From: an uncultured Acidimicrobiaceae bacterium
GTDB lineage: Bacteria > Actinomycetota > Acidimicrobiia > Acidimicrobiales > Bog-793
DNA length: 64,000 nt
Assembly: GCA_963836935.1 (NCBI GenBank)
Contig: CAWILM010000038.1
Coordinates: 62,784-126,783 of the forward strand
Direction of reading: 5' to 3'
Under the pieces are notes generated by a model. That model did no database searches and was not told the DNA's origin. It saw nothing but the letters and a program-made list of their open reading frames with translations. The first letter of the stretch is position 1. Each line of letters begins with the position of its first letter. Positions 1-9,071 of the stretch are shown here, in pieces. A program made the translations under genes and the position numbers.

Positions 1-449
1 CCGAGGGGCGTCACGCCGCGGACGCCAAGTCGGGCTCTTGTTTGTTGCGAGGTTCCGGAGATCGGCTGACAGGGCCCAGTGAGAAAGCGCCATCCAGCCC
101 TCATTAGGGCGCGTGTCGGGGCAAGGCTTGTGCGCCACCGCGCCTCATGTCGCGCCGGCTTGCGAAGGGGCCGGTACAGGTACGCCTCTATCCAGAGGCG
201 AAGTCGGGCGCGGCTAGCGACTTTATTGCCCAAGAGGACCGCCCGAACAGCGGGACCTCAAATCGACCCCAGGCGCCATTCCCAATACGCGTCAGCCTAA
301 ACTGGCACAGCAGTGACAATGGTCGCACTTGGGGGATGTAGAAACGGGCCCAGGGGCCCATGTATGTGACCCTGTTCTTAGTAGCCAGGACCGACCTGTA
401 TCAGGTCTGTCCGGTCCAGGTGAACGCCGGGAAACAAAGCCGCGAGGAC

Positions 450-1019
450 TCACAAGCGTTCGGGAAGGTCTTGCAGCTTGGCAGCGAAAGACTCGCAACG
501 CTGGATCACGAAGCTCTGCGTGGCACCTCCGTGCAGGGTCAGCTCGAGGGAGCCGGCGACCGGGGCCGTTGGGATGGGAAGGAGCCGGATCTGAGCCATC
601 TCGCCCCAAGCGATGTCGAGCGCGGGCATATCTTGACTGCGCCGCGGCGTGAAGGAGATGCCCCTGCGGTCGAGAACGAGTTCCCCGGCCACCGGGCGGC
701 CCCCGCCGCCTCCCGGCGGGCTCTCCGCGCGGGCGGGACCCGCGTAGATGGGATGACCGGGAAGGCTCCGGAGCCGGTCCTCCTCGAGCCGACGCCAGCG
801 CCGCTTGAACAGGGGTACTTGTACCGTGGCAATCAAGATCATGAGGACGAGGAAGATGGTTGCCGCGATGACGGTCTTGGAGGAATGATTCAGTCCGACA
901 GCCATTATGAAGCCCAGCGCGGCCACCGCGAGGACTCGGGTGAGGACGAATCGCCAAAGGCCTTTCGGCAGCACCACTTCGCGAGGGGGGAGCCTGATCT
1001 CAGCCGGCTCTTTGGTCAC
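450..1019 (-). CDS. hypothetical membrane protein (two TM helices plus soluble PH-like C-terminal domain)
   Basis: 189-aa ORF. Hydrophobic segments RFVLTRVLAVAALGFIMAVGL and VIAATIFLVLMILIATV are followed by a ~100-aa soluble domain. Overlapping ORFs on the other strand are Arg/Pro-rich shadows. The bPH/YdbT-like family guess is from memory only. Confidence 0.5.
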   Translation of the reverse strand: MTKEPAEIRLPPREVVLPKGLWRFVLTRVLAVAALGFIMAVGLNHSSKTVIAATIFLVLMILIATVQVPLFKRRWRRLEEDRLRSLPGHPIYAGPARAESPPGGGGGRPVAGELVLDRRGISFTPRRSQDMPALDIAWGEMAQIRLLPIPTAPVAGSLELTLHGGATQSFVIQRCESFAAKLQDLPERL

Positions 1020-1198
1020 AGGGGCAGGCTAGTGGCGGCTGTGGTGTCGAGGGAGGGCGAGTCTCGGCTTCGCGGACCCGCGGGAACACGCGCACCGTGT
1101 CAAGCCGAAACCGGTCACTCTCGGACGCCGCCCCGTCGGCGGTCTCGGGCAGGACCCACTCGCTGTCTGAGGTTCCCAGCCCAGACCTGAAAGAGGAG

Positions 1199-1936
1199 TC
1201 AAAGCGCGCCGGGCAGGTTTCTAGGCTCGAGGCGGTCCTCCACCGCCCGGTCGCCATCTCGTCGGACCGCATAGGCCCCTTTGCCCCTCACCTCGGTGAC
1301 TGCCTCGACAAGTTCGGTGCCCCGGTAGAGGAGGCCGACCCCGTCGTCAGAGGCGTACCCGTCGGGCAAGACGCCATCGGCGATGAGCTGCTGGAACAGC
1401 GGGCGGCGTTGAGGTTCGGAGTCGTAGTGGACTCCATTCGCATACGGGAGCAGGCCGAGGCCGTTGGTCACGGGGCGCAGCTCGGGCCCGAAAGAGTCCG
1501 TGGTGCCACCGACGTGCCAGCACAGAGAGCCGGCGGACGTCCCGCCGAGGACAACGCCCGCCTGCCAAACTTCGGCAAGGATCCGGTCGAGACCGTGAAG
1601 CCGCCAGATCGCCAGCAGATTGGCGACGCTGCCACCGCCGACCCAGATCACATCCTGGTCGAGCAGGAACCCTGCCATGTCCTCGACACTTGGCATCGGG
1701 AACAGATTCAAGTGCACGACGTCTATTCCCGCCGTGTGACCGGCTTCATCCCACAGGGCATTCCACCCGCGTTGGTCGCCGCCGGCCGTTCCGACGTGAC
1801 ACAGCCGGGGGCGCCGGGCATCCACCCCCGCCAGCTCGATGGCACAAAGGACCAATGGTGCGAACGCGATGTCGGTACGCGACCCGCGGGTAATTCCACC
1901 CGAGCTAGCAAGGATGGTCGGCAGATCTGCTGGCAT
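1199..1936 (-). CDS. peptidase S51 family protein (dipeptidase E / cyanophycinase-like)
   Basis: 245-aa ORF with nucleophile-elbow motif GGTSAGS and a VIWVGGGSVANLL segment typical of peptidase-E-like proteins. Confidence 0.7.
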   Translation of the reverse strand: MPADLPTILASSGGITRGSRTDIAFAPLVLCAIELAGVDARRPRLCHVGTAGGDQRGWNALWDEAGHTAGIDVVHLNLFPMPSVEDMAGFLLDQDVIWVGGGSVANLLAIWRLHGLDRILAEVWQAGVVLGGTSAGSLCWHVGGTTDSFGPELRPVTNGLGLLPYANGVHYDSEPQRRPLFQQLIADGVLPDGYASDDGVGLLYRGTELVEAVTEVRGKGAYAVRRDGDRAVEDRLEPRNLPGAL

Positions 1937-2087
1937 GCCGTGATGGTAACGAGTCGCCGGGCGGGGAAGATTGCCTCAGGCAGCAACGGCCGGGCCGGTC
2001 ATCTCGCTAGCCGGCCGGGCACACGGTTGCGGGCAGGCACGCGGGCGAGGCTCACCGGGCCATTGTTGCCAGTCAGGTCCTGGACCC

Positions 2088-3740
2088 TCAGCCCTGTCCC
2101 GACCGGGCGGGGGCGGACTCGCGAGCTTCGTCCTGCGAGGGACGGGCGCCCCGATTCGGCAGCACGACGAGCACGACGACTCCTGCCGCGCCGACCACCA
2201 CCGCGGCGACGATGACGGCGAGGTCCATCCCACTCACGAAAGACCGCCGCGCAAAGCTGGCGAGCTCGAGACCGAGCGCACCGCCGACTTTCTGGCTGAC
2301 GGCGAGAGCTCCGCCGAGCGAACCGGTGATCAGGTGCTGGATCGACGCCGGCATTTTGTAGTGGGCGAGCACCGGTGCCAGCCTGTCCTGGTAGCGCGTG
2401 TTGAGCAGGCTGCCGAGCACGCCGACTCCGAGCGCCCCGCCCGTTTGCAACGAGGCGCCGTTGGTTGCCGAGCCCACGCCGGCTTGGTCCACAGGCAACG
2501 ACCCCATCACCGATTCGGTACAGGGGGCAAAGGCGAGGCCGGTGCCAAGACCAAGCACCAAGAACGCGGGGAGCACGTCCAGGTACGTGTCGTGGACTGT
2601 GACTCGCGTGAGCAAGCCGAAGCCCAGTGCGAGCAGAGCCATTCCTGTGAAGACGACCGGCTTGGTCCCGACGAGGTGATCGATCATGCTCGAGAGAGGA
2701 GCGACTACCAGCAGCACAGCTGCGATCGGCGCGATTCGCAGGCCGGTCTCGAAAGCGGTGTAACCGAGGGAGAACTGGAGGTACTGAGTTAGGAGGAACA
2801 GCCCTCCCATCAAAGCGAACATGACCAGGCCCATGGTTCCCACGGCTGCTGAGAAGCGCCGCGACTTGAAGAAGGAAACCTCGAGCATCGGATGGGAGGA
2901 CTGCCGTTCCCAGATCACGAACACGGCTAGCACTGCTAGCGCGGCCGCGATGGCACCGAGGATGAGGGGGGAGGTCCAGGAGCGGTTCGGGGCTTCGATG
3001 ATCCCCCACAGCAACAATCCCATGCCCACGATGGAAAGGCCGGCCCCCACCGGGTCGGGAAGCTTTGTGTCGGGGTTCTTCGAGTTGGGCACGAACCAGG
3101 CAGCTGCGAGCAGCCCCAGGAATGCGATCGGCACGTTGATGAGGAAAACCGAGCCCCACCAAAAGTGAGCGAGCAGCCACCCGCCCGCCACGGGACCCAC
3201 GGCCACACCAAGGCCCGTCGTGCCCGACCAGACTCCGATGGCGCGGGCTCGCTCCCGGGATTCGGTGAAGGTGCTTGTCAGGATCGACAGGGTCGAGGGC
3301 ATTATGCCCGCACCACCGATTCCCATGAAGGCCCTTGCCGCGATGAGCCGATCGGCCGTACCGGAGAAGGCCGACATCGCCGAACCAGCCGCGAAGATGA
3401 TCAGTCCCGCCATGAACACCCACTTGCGGCCCAAGCGGTCACCGAGGCTGCCGGCGACAAGAAGCAACCCGGCGAAAACGATCGCGTAGGAGTCGACGAT
3501 CCACTGCAGTGAGCTTGACGAGGCATGAAGCGTGCGCACGATGACTGGAAGCGCCACATTCAAGATCGTGTTGTCGAGGCTCACGATGAGGAGGCTCACA
3601 CACAGCACGGCGAGAATGAACCGACGGTCCCTGACGCGTTGACCCGGCGACGCTTCGGACATCTCAGAGCGTCCGGCCAGGTTCGCTGATTCCGGTTGTG
3701 GCGCGCCGCGGGGCTCAGGTCCGGAAACAGTGGTGCTCAT
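2088..3740 (-). CDS. MFS transporter, DHA2 (EmrB/QacA-like, 14-TMS) drug:proton antiporter family
   Basis: 550-aa ORF with many TM segments. MFS motifs LDNTILNVALP and GSLGDRLGRKWVF (motif A-like). Alternative start at 3662 (MSEASPG). Confidence 0.85.
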   Translation of the reverse strand: MSTTVSGPEPRGAPQPESANLAGRSEMSEASPGQRVRDRRFILAVLCVSLLIVSLDNTILNVALPVIVRTLHASSSSLQWIVDSYAIVFAGLLLVAGSLGDRLGRKWVFMAGLIIFAAGSAMSAFSGTADRLIAARAFMGIGGAGIMPSTLSILTSTFTESRERARAIGVWSGTTGLGVAVGPVAGGWLLAHFWWGSVFLINVPIAFLGLLAAAWFVPNSKNPDTKLPDPVGAGLSIVGMGLLLWGIIEAPNRSWTSPLILGAIAAALAVLAVFVIWERQSSHPMLEVSFFKSRRFSAAVGTMGLVMFALMGGLFLLTQYLQFSLGYTAFETGLRIAPIAAVLLVVAPLSSMIDHLVGTKPVVFTGMALLALGFGLLTRVTVHDTYLDVLPAFLVLGLGTGLAFAPCTESVMGSLPVDQAGVGSATNGASLQTGGALGVGVLGSLLNTRYQDRLAPVLAHYKMPASIQHLITGSLGGALAVSQKVGGALGLELASFARRSFVSGMDLAVIVAAVVVGAAGVVVLVVLPNRGARPSQDEARESAPARSGQG

Positions 3741-4060
3741 CGAGGGACGGACGATCCTTGCCGAAGGGCAGTTCGCTGGTCACGCCCCCGCTTCGCTGTC
3801 GCCTCGTCACGACAGTCGCTGGCGCCGGTCGTGTGTCCCAGGAGGGTGATTCCTGGCACGGTGGACGTGCTTGTCACAGTCGTCCCTTGCTTGCGGGCTG
3901 GGTACAGCGAAAAATTGGGCCAACGCCGCGCCGCGGACCCAGGCACCAACCACTCTAACCACCGTCACCCGGTCCTACGAAGCGTCGAGGCAGGCAGGTC
4001 GTCGTTGGGTCGTGGCCAGCGCGCCGTCTCGTCTCTCAGCGATTGCTTAGGCGCAACTCA

Positions 4061-4088
4061 GGAAATCCTCAGGTGGGCGCGGTCTACT
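4061..4088 (+). promoter_or_regulatory. candidate ECF (sigma-E-type envelope stress) promoter upstream of the HtrA-like gene
   Basis: GGAAAT (4061-4066), 16-nt spacer, TCTACT (4083-4088), about 50 nt upstream of ATG 4139. Resembles GGAAC-N16-TCxxA promoters that classically drive htrA/degP. Pattern match only. Confidence 0.2.
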
Positions 4089-4138
4089 GGATGCGAGCAG
4101 TTGTATGCGCGCTACCGTCCCTGCGGGAGGAAAGGGCG

Positions 4139-5815
4139 ATGGACTACGAGCACGAAAGCGACGAACCTACGGAGGCAGCGGCAGATGGTTTCGCGGCGCC
4201 GCAGCCCGTGACTCCTGGTACACCCGAATCCACGACTGCCGCGCCCGCCACGACCAACTCGGTCGCGGCTGGCTGGACGCCTCCACCACCTTTTCCTGGC
4301 GCGGCCGGCTGGACGCCTCCACCACCTCTTCCCGGCGCGGCCGGCTGGACGCCTCCACCACCTTCTCCTGGCGCGGCCGGCTGGATGTCTCCACCACCTT
4401 TTCCCGGCGCGGCCGGCTGGACGCCTCCACCGCCTTCTCCCGGTGCCGGCGGCTGGACGCCTCCTCCTCCACCACCACCTCCTTCTCCTCCTTTTCCTGG
4501 CGCGGCCGGCTGGACGCCCTCTCCTCCTCCAGCCGGCGCGCCGGGAGGAGTGAACAGTGGAGCACAATGGACGGGATTCCCAGCGGGTTACTGGGCCACG
4601 TCGCCGACACCGCCACCGCGGAGGCGTCAGGCTGCCACCGTCTGGCTGGTCGTGGGGCTGCTTGTGGTCGGTCTCGCCGCAGGATTCGGCATCGGCCGTG
4701 TCGCCTGGCAGTCGACATCGAGGTCCCCTTCGCCTCCAGCGGGCAGCTCGCCCAGCTTCCCCTTCGGCTCCGGGACGCTTCCCTTCGGCTCGGGGACCTT
4801 GCCCTTCGGTTCGGGAAGCTTCCCATTCGGTTCCGGCTCCTCGGGGTCCGCCTCGTCCGCGGCAGGAGGCCCTTCGAACCCCGCCGCGATCGCCTCGCGG
4901 GTCGACCCCGGAATCGTGGATGTAAACACCACCCTCAGCTATGCGAGCGAGGAAGCGGCCGGCACGGGGATCGTGCTCACGTCCAACGGCGAGGTGCTCA
5001 CCAACAACCACGTGATTGATGGTGCGACCAGCATCAGGGTGACCGACCTGGGAAACGGCCGCGTGTATACGGCCACGGTCCTCGGTTACGACCGCTCCCG
5101 TGACATCGCGGTACTCAAGTTGAACGGTGCGTCCGGCCTCAAGGTCGCGACGCTGGGCGACTCGTCCACGGTCCGGGTGGGCGAAGCGGTCGTGGGCATC
5201 GGCAACGTGGGGGGCGCGGACGGCAGCCCCAGCGTGGCAGGAGGATCGGTCACCGCTCTCGACCAGTCGATCACGGCCACCGAACAGGACGGTGGCAACC
5301 CGGAGAACTTGACCGGCCTCATCGAGGTCAACGCCTACATCCAGGCCGGTGACTCGGGCGGACCGCTCGTCAATACCTCGGGGAAGGTCATCGGGATGGA
5401 CACGGCAGCGTCCGTCGGGTTCTCGTTCGAGACGACCGGTAGCGAGGGCTATGCCATCCCGATCAACTCAGCGGTGGCGATCGCCAGGAAGATCGCCTCC
5501 GGTCAAGGTTCGGCGAGCGTGCACATCGGGCGTACCGGGTTCCTTGGCGTCCAGGTGTACTCGACTCAGGTTGGAGCCTCCCCGTCCGGAGCGGTGATAA
5601 ACGAAGTCGTGACGGGTTCCCCGGCTGCCGCGGTCGGCCTGGCCGTGGGCGACGTCATAACGTCACTCGGTGGCAAAGCGATCCATTCCGCGCCGGGCCT
5701 CACCACCCATATGCAGCAGTACCACCCGGGTGACCGGGTGCAGATCGGCTGGACGGACTCCACGGGCGGCACCCACAGCGGGACCTTGCAGCTGGCCGCG
5801 GGACCTGCCGCCTGA
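4139..5815 (+). CDS. HtrA/DegP-family (S1C) serine protease with PDZ domain, single TM helix and proline-rich repeat N-terminus
   Basis: In ORF 4043..5815. ATG 4139 is preceded by GGGAGGAAAGGG. TM helix VWLVVGLLVVGLAAGFGIG. Catalytic motifs TNNHVI (His), DIAVLK (Asp), GDSGGPL (Ser). PDZ-like segment GAVINEVVTGSPAAAVGLAVGDVITSLGG. Confidence 0.85.
   Translation: MDYEHESDEPTEAAADGFAAPQPVTPGTPESTTAAPATTNSVAAGWTPPPPFPGAAGWTPPPPLPGAAGWTPPPPSPGAAGWMSPPPFPGAAGWTPPPPSPGAGGWTPPPPPPPPSPPFPGAAGWTPSPPPAGAPGGVNSGAQWTGFPAGYWATSPTPPPRRRQAATVWLVVGLLVVGLAAGFGIGRVAWQSTSRSPSPPAGSSPSFPFGSGTLPFGSGTLPFGSGSFPFGSGSSGSASSAAGGPSNPAAIASRVDPGIVDVNTTLSYASEEAAGTGIVLTSNGEVLTNNHVIDGATSIRVTDLGNGRVYTATVLGYDRSRDIAVLKLNGASGLKVATLGDSSTVRVGEAVVGIGNVGGADGSPSVAGGSVTALDQSITATEQDGGNPENLTGLIEVNAYIQAGDSGGPLVNTSGKVIGMDTAASVGFSFETTGSEGYAIPINSAVAIARKIASGQGSASVHIGRTGFLGVQVYSTQVGASPSGAVINEVVTGSPAAAVGLAVGDVITSLGGKAIHSAPGLTTHMQQYHPGDRVQIGWTDSTGGTHSGTLQLAAGPAA
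4271..4545 (+). repeat. in-frame 36-bp tandem repeat array (about 7 units, one expanded) encoding (GWTPPPPxPGAA)n
   Basis: Units read directly at 4271, 4307, 4343, 4379 and 4415 (36 nt each, near-identical GGCTGGACGCCTCCACCACCTTTTCCTGGCGCGGCC). An expanded unit spans 4451-4507 and a degenerate unit starts at 4508. Confidence 0.85.
4754..4840 (+). repeat. in-frame 21-bp tandem repeat (about 4 units) encoding (F/L)PFGSG(T/S)
   Basis: Peptide SFPFGSGTLPFGSGTLPFGSGSFPFGSGS lies just after the TM helix. The DNA units are visibly repeated (CTTCCCTTCGGCTCGGGGACC-like). Confidence 0.7.
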
Positions 5816-8800
5816 GGACTGGTTCGGGTCCGCGTCCGATCTATTCGAGGATGCGAGCTCAGTCCACGTCGTGCTGATGGGGCAGTCCGGCTGCCGCGCG
5901 TCAGTCATCGTGCCCGCCCCGCGACCCGGCCGCCCCTCGCCCTGAGTCACGATCGGGTCCGGCGGCGAGGCAGATCCCGGTTCCGGAGAGCCAAGGACGG
6001 ACTTCGGCCGGCGTCTTCGCCTCGGCGGGAACAGAAGGAGAACGAGCGCGAGCACGCCCACGCCACTGGTGATGACGCCCAGCTTTGCCAGCTTGGCGGT
6101 GTAGACCCAGGTCACGGTGAACCTGCCGGCTGGGACCGGGACCGCCTGGAGTATCCCGAGCTGTCTCACCCGCACGGTCACCGACGAGCCCCCCCCGATG
6201 GGGGTGAGCCGCGCCGCCCAGCCCTTGTCGTAAGCCTCGCTTCGGACCAGCACCGCCGGGATCGGCGTCGAGACGACCGTCTCCGGGTTCTGCCACGCCT
6301 GGACGGGAGGGGTAACCGAGCGAGCGAGCGGGAGTTGCGGGGCAAGAGGTGTCGTGGATCCTGCGGGCTCGACCCACGACGCTCCCCGTATGCGCGTGTT
6401 GGTGAACACGAGGAGCCCGCCGATCTCGGTCTGGTATCGCCATTTCGGTGGTTCGAGCACCCCTTGGAGAACCTGGTTGAGAACGAGGCGGTGTGTGAGC
6501 GGACCCGCGTTGACCGCCATCGCATGCACGGTGGTCACTTCGACGGCACCTATGGCGGCCGAGGTGCTGCTCGGAGCTGCGACCCGGAGTCCGTACGCGA
6601 CCCGACCGTTCAGCATGACCTCGGCCTGGGCGTCCCTGACCGGCACACGACGGTCGCCAACAATCTGGTTGCGACCATTGAGGAGGCCGATCACGACCGT
6701 GCGCGGTGCCGCCCGTTTGTAGGGCAGGACCACGATGGTGACCGAGTGGAGAGCGAGAGGCCCCGGGAGCATCCACGTCGACGAGCGCCCCTCGGAGAGA
6801 AGGAACGGCGGAAAGTGTGGCAGCGGCTTGTCGGGCGCGATGGCGTCCAGTGCCATGGCCACCCGCTCGGTCCCGGGCGGAACCGGCGTTCCTTGCGCGA
6901 CCGGGATCGGTCCGTTGTCCGGGATCTCCGTGACCAGGTACTCGGGAAGTGTCACCAGCTCCTTCAGGTTCAAGATGTCAAGGTCAGGGTGTGTGAGCGC
7001 GACCGGCTGCAAGTTCTCGACGTCATGGGCCCCGGTGGCGAGTTGGTAGCTACCGGCGACAGCGGACGAGTACCCCTGGACGCTTTGGAGCTGGTGCAGG
7101 ATCCCGAGACTGAAAGGGCCGAGCGCGAGGATCGTCCCGCGGAGACCGGGCGGCAGGCTTTGCGCGGGGTTGAAGATCGCATAGCGGCCTTGAGGTCCGA
7201 GCAGCTTCGCCAGGGTCGTGACGGCGGTGTTGTTCTTTGTGATGGTGGCTTTGGCGGGGAATGTGTACGACCCGTTGAGGACGCACAGCAACACATCGGC
7301 GAGGACGACGGTGGTCACAAGCTTGCGGCAACCGCTCGGGCCGAGACGGGGCGCGCGCCAGACAAGCAGAGCAGCTCCGGCCGAGATGACGAGCACCGCG
7401 GCGAAGTACGGGCTCAGATGGACGGCGAGATGCGGGTGGTAGACGGAGACGCCGAAGCCGCGCTGAATCGATCGTCCCAGCACGTACGCGGCGAGTATGA
7501 GGAGGGCCACAATGCCTACTGGCACGAGCCCGGCGAGACGTTCGTCGCGCGTGAGTCCCGAGTCGGCCTTCGGTGCCGGAACGGGCCCGGCGCGACGGCT
7601 TACGGCAGGAGACCTCAGCACGTCGACGAACACGGCGAGCAGCACCGCGAGCGCGAGGTCGACGATCACGGCGTTGCGGTTCTGGAGACGCTGGCCACCG
7701 TAGAGGGGAATGTCCACGAGAATGTGGCCGAGGGGAGTGCTCGCGCCGGCCGAGAGCAGGGCGCCCTCGAGGATCAGCGCATACCAGACCCCGAGAGGCC
7801 TCTCGGTCGTGCCGCGGCGCATCGCCCGCCTGAAGAGAGCAAAGGCGGCCACGAGCGGCGCGATGCCGACGGCGTAGCTCAGCTCGGGAAGGTTGTAAGA
7901 GCCCACAAAGCCGGGCAGTCCGAACGTCCCGTTGCCGCCGACCAGGAAGGGCACGAAAAGCAGCGCCAGGTCGTGCCACGACAACGATCCGGCGGAAAAG
8001 CGGGTGAACGTGACGGCGGCCCGTTCGGACTCGTGCAGGAAACTGAGCCCCGGCAGCCACTGGGCCGTGGAGAGGATAACCGCGAGGAGAGCGGCCACCA
8101 CCACGCCGATGCCGGCGACGGTGACACGCCTGCCCGTTCGCCGCGCCCGCCAGCAAAGAGCAAGGAAGTACGTGAGCACGATGAAAGCGATGCTGGAGGC
8201 GGCGCGAGGATCTCCGGCCAGCACCACAAGACCGCCGCAGCCACCCAGCAAGGCGATCCAGCGCCGCGCCGTGCGCGGCTCGGGATGGGTTCCGAGCTCA
8301 TGGACGGCCAGCAGCATCCACGGAGTGAAGCTCATGCCCTGCACCAGGCCGAGGTGCACGGCCTGGCCGCTCATGAACCCGGTGTAGGTGAACGTCAGGG
8401 CGCCCAGCAGCGCCGCGAGCGGTGAGCAGCCGAGACGGCGCAGGAACACGTGCATCCCGATGCCGCAGACAATCGGTACCGCCGCGACATTGATCGTCCA
8501 GGCCGCGCCGGCCGGCAGGATGGCGAAGAGCCAGGTGCCCGGGTACAGCGATCCCGCGTTCCATCCCGCGAGCAAGGGCGTTCCGCTCCATATATACGGG
8601 TCCCACAGGGGCAGGTGACCGTGCCGCAACAGCTCGCCCGACAGGACTCTCAGCGGGTAGTTCTGGGTCAGGTTGTCCGCCGTGCCGCTCCCGGGGAAGA
8701 GAGGTCGGCCGACAAGTGCGGGCGGGATTCCCATCAGCAGAGGTATCGCGACGAAAAGCGCGACCGCCCACTTGTCGGCTCGTGCGACATGGGACCAGCG

Positions 8801-8878
8801 CCGGGGAATCGCCCCGGGAGTCTCCAGTCCTTCCCGGTCCCGCGGACCGAGAGTCACCGTTGCGGGAAAGTGCGCCAT
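5663..8878 (-). CDS. YfhO-family (GT-C-like) polytopic membrane protein, putative glycosyltransferase
   Basis: 1071-aa ORF. N-terminal signature NLTQNYPLRVLSGELLRHGHLPLWDPYIWSGTPLLAGWNAGSLYPGTWLF matches my memory of YfhO proteins. More than 10 TM helices and a large extracytoplasmic C-terminal domain. The last ~115 aa after the final TM (LLLFPPRRRRRPK...) are low-complexity and overlap the htrA-like 3' end by 153 nt, so the true stop may be masked. Confidence 0.6.
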   Translation of the reverse strand: MAHFPATVTLGPRDREGLETPGAIPRRWSHVARADKWAVALFVAIPLLMGIPPALVGRPLFPGSGTADNLTQNYPLRVLSGELLRHGHLPLWDPYIWSGTPLLAGWNAGSLYPGTWLFAILPAGAAWTINVAAVPIVCGIGMHVFLRRLGCSPLAALLGALTFTYTGFMSGQAVHLGLVQGMSFTPWMLLAVHELGTHPEPRTARRWIALLGGCGGLVVLAGDPRAASSIAFIVLTYFLALCWRARRTGRRVTVAGIGVVVAALLAVILSTAQWLPGLSFLHESERAAVTFTRFSAGSLSWHDLALLFVPFLVGGNGTFGLPGFVGSYNLPELSYAVGIAPLVAAFALFRRAMRRGTTERPLGVWYALILEGALLSAGASTPLGHILVDIPLYGGQRLQNRNAVIVDLALAVLLAVFVDVLRSPAVSRRAGPVPAPKADSGLTRDERLAGLVPVGIVALLILAAYVLGRSIQRGFGVSVYHPHLAVHLSPYFAAVLVISAGAALLVWRAPRLGPSGCRKLVTTVVLADVLLCVLNGSYTFPAKATITKNNTAVTTLAKLLGPQGRYAIFNPAQSLPPGLRGTILALGPFSLGILHQLQSVQGYSSAVAGSYQLATGAHDVENLQPVALTHPDLDILNLKELVTLPEYLVTEIPDNGPIPVAQGTPVPPGTERVAMALDAIAPDKPLPHFPPFLLSEGRSSTWMLPGPLALHSVTIVVLPYKRAAPRTVVIGLLNGRNQIVGDRRVPVRDAQAEVMLNGRVAYGLRVAAPSSTSAAIGAVEVTTVHAMAVNAGPLTHRLVLNQVLQGVLEPPKWRYQTEIGGLLVFTNTRIRGASWVEPAGSTTPLAPQLPLARSVTPPVQAWQNPETVVSTPIPAVLVRSEAYDKGWAARLTPIGGGSSVTVRVRQLGILQAVPVPAGRFTVTWVYTAKLAKLGVITSGVGVLALVLLLFPPRRRRRPKSVLGSPEPGSASPPDPIVTQGEGRPGRGAGTMTDARQPDCPISTTWTELASSNRSDADPNQSSGGRSRGQLQGPAVGAARGVRPADLHPVTRVVLLHMGGEARRGMDRFATE

Positions 8879-9071
8879 GGGTTCCGCTGAACGATAGACG
8901 CGGCCACCGGTGCGAAGGCCAATTCCGCCCGGGCGTCAACGCCTTTCCGGCTGACTTCTCAGTCGCCTCCGGCGAGGTCCCCGAACAGTTATCCTTCTGC
9001 ACCAGCGCATCGGTGCAACGCGCTCGTGCGCGGGTGGCGGCGAAGCCGAAGGCTCGGCCCAGAGGAACGAC

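Noticed and set aside
79-300. tmRNA-like reading: an ORF ending ...RRHSQYASA* that superficially resembles an SsrA tag (..YALAA*).
   Set aside because: No GGGG..acceptor 5' end, no T-arm (GGTTCGANTCC) and no CCA-ending 3' stem anywhere nearby. The expected 3' half would fall inside a well-supported minus-strand CDS. The tag would be unusually long.
330-430. TPP-riboswitch-like fragments (GACCCUG..., GACCUGUAUCAGG).
   Set aside because: The invariant CUGAGA core is absent. There is no downstream plus-strand gene to regulate. The resemblance is limited to short GC-rich words.
4271-4545. Regularly spaced 36-bp repeats as a possible CRISPR array.
   Set aside because: The units are contiguous with no spacers. 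They are in frame within a protease gene and encode a proline-rich peptide repeat. No cas genes are present.
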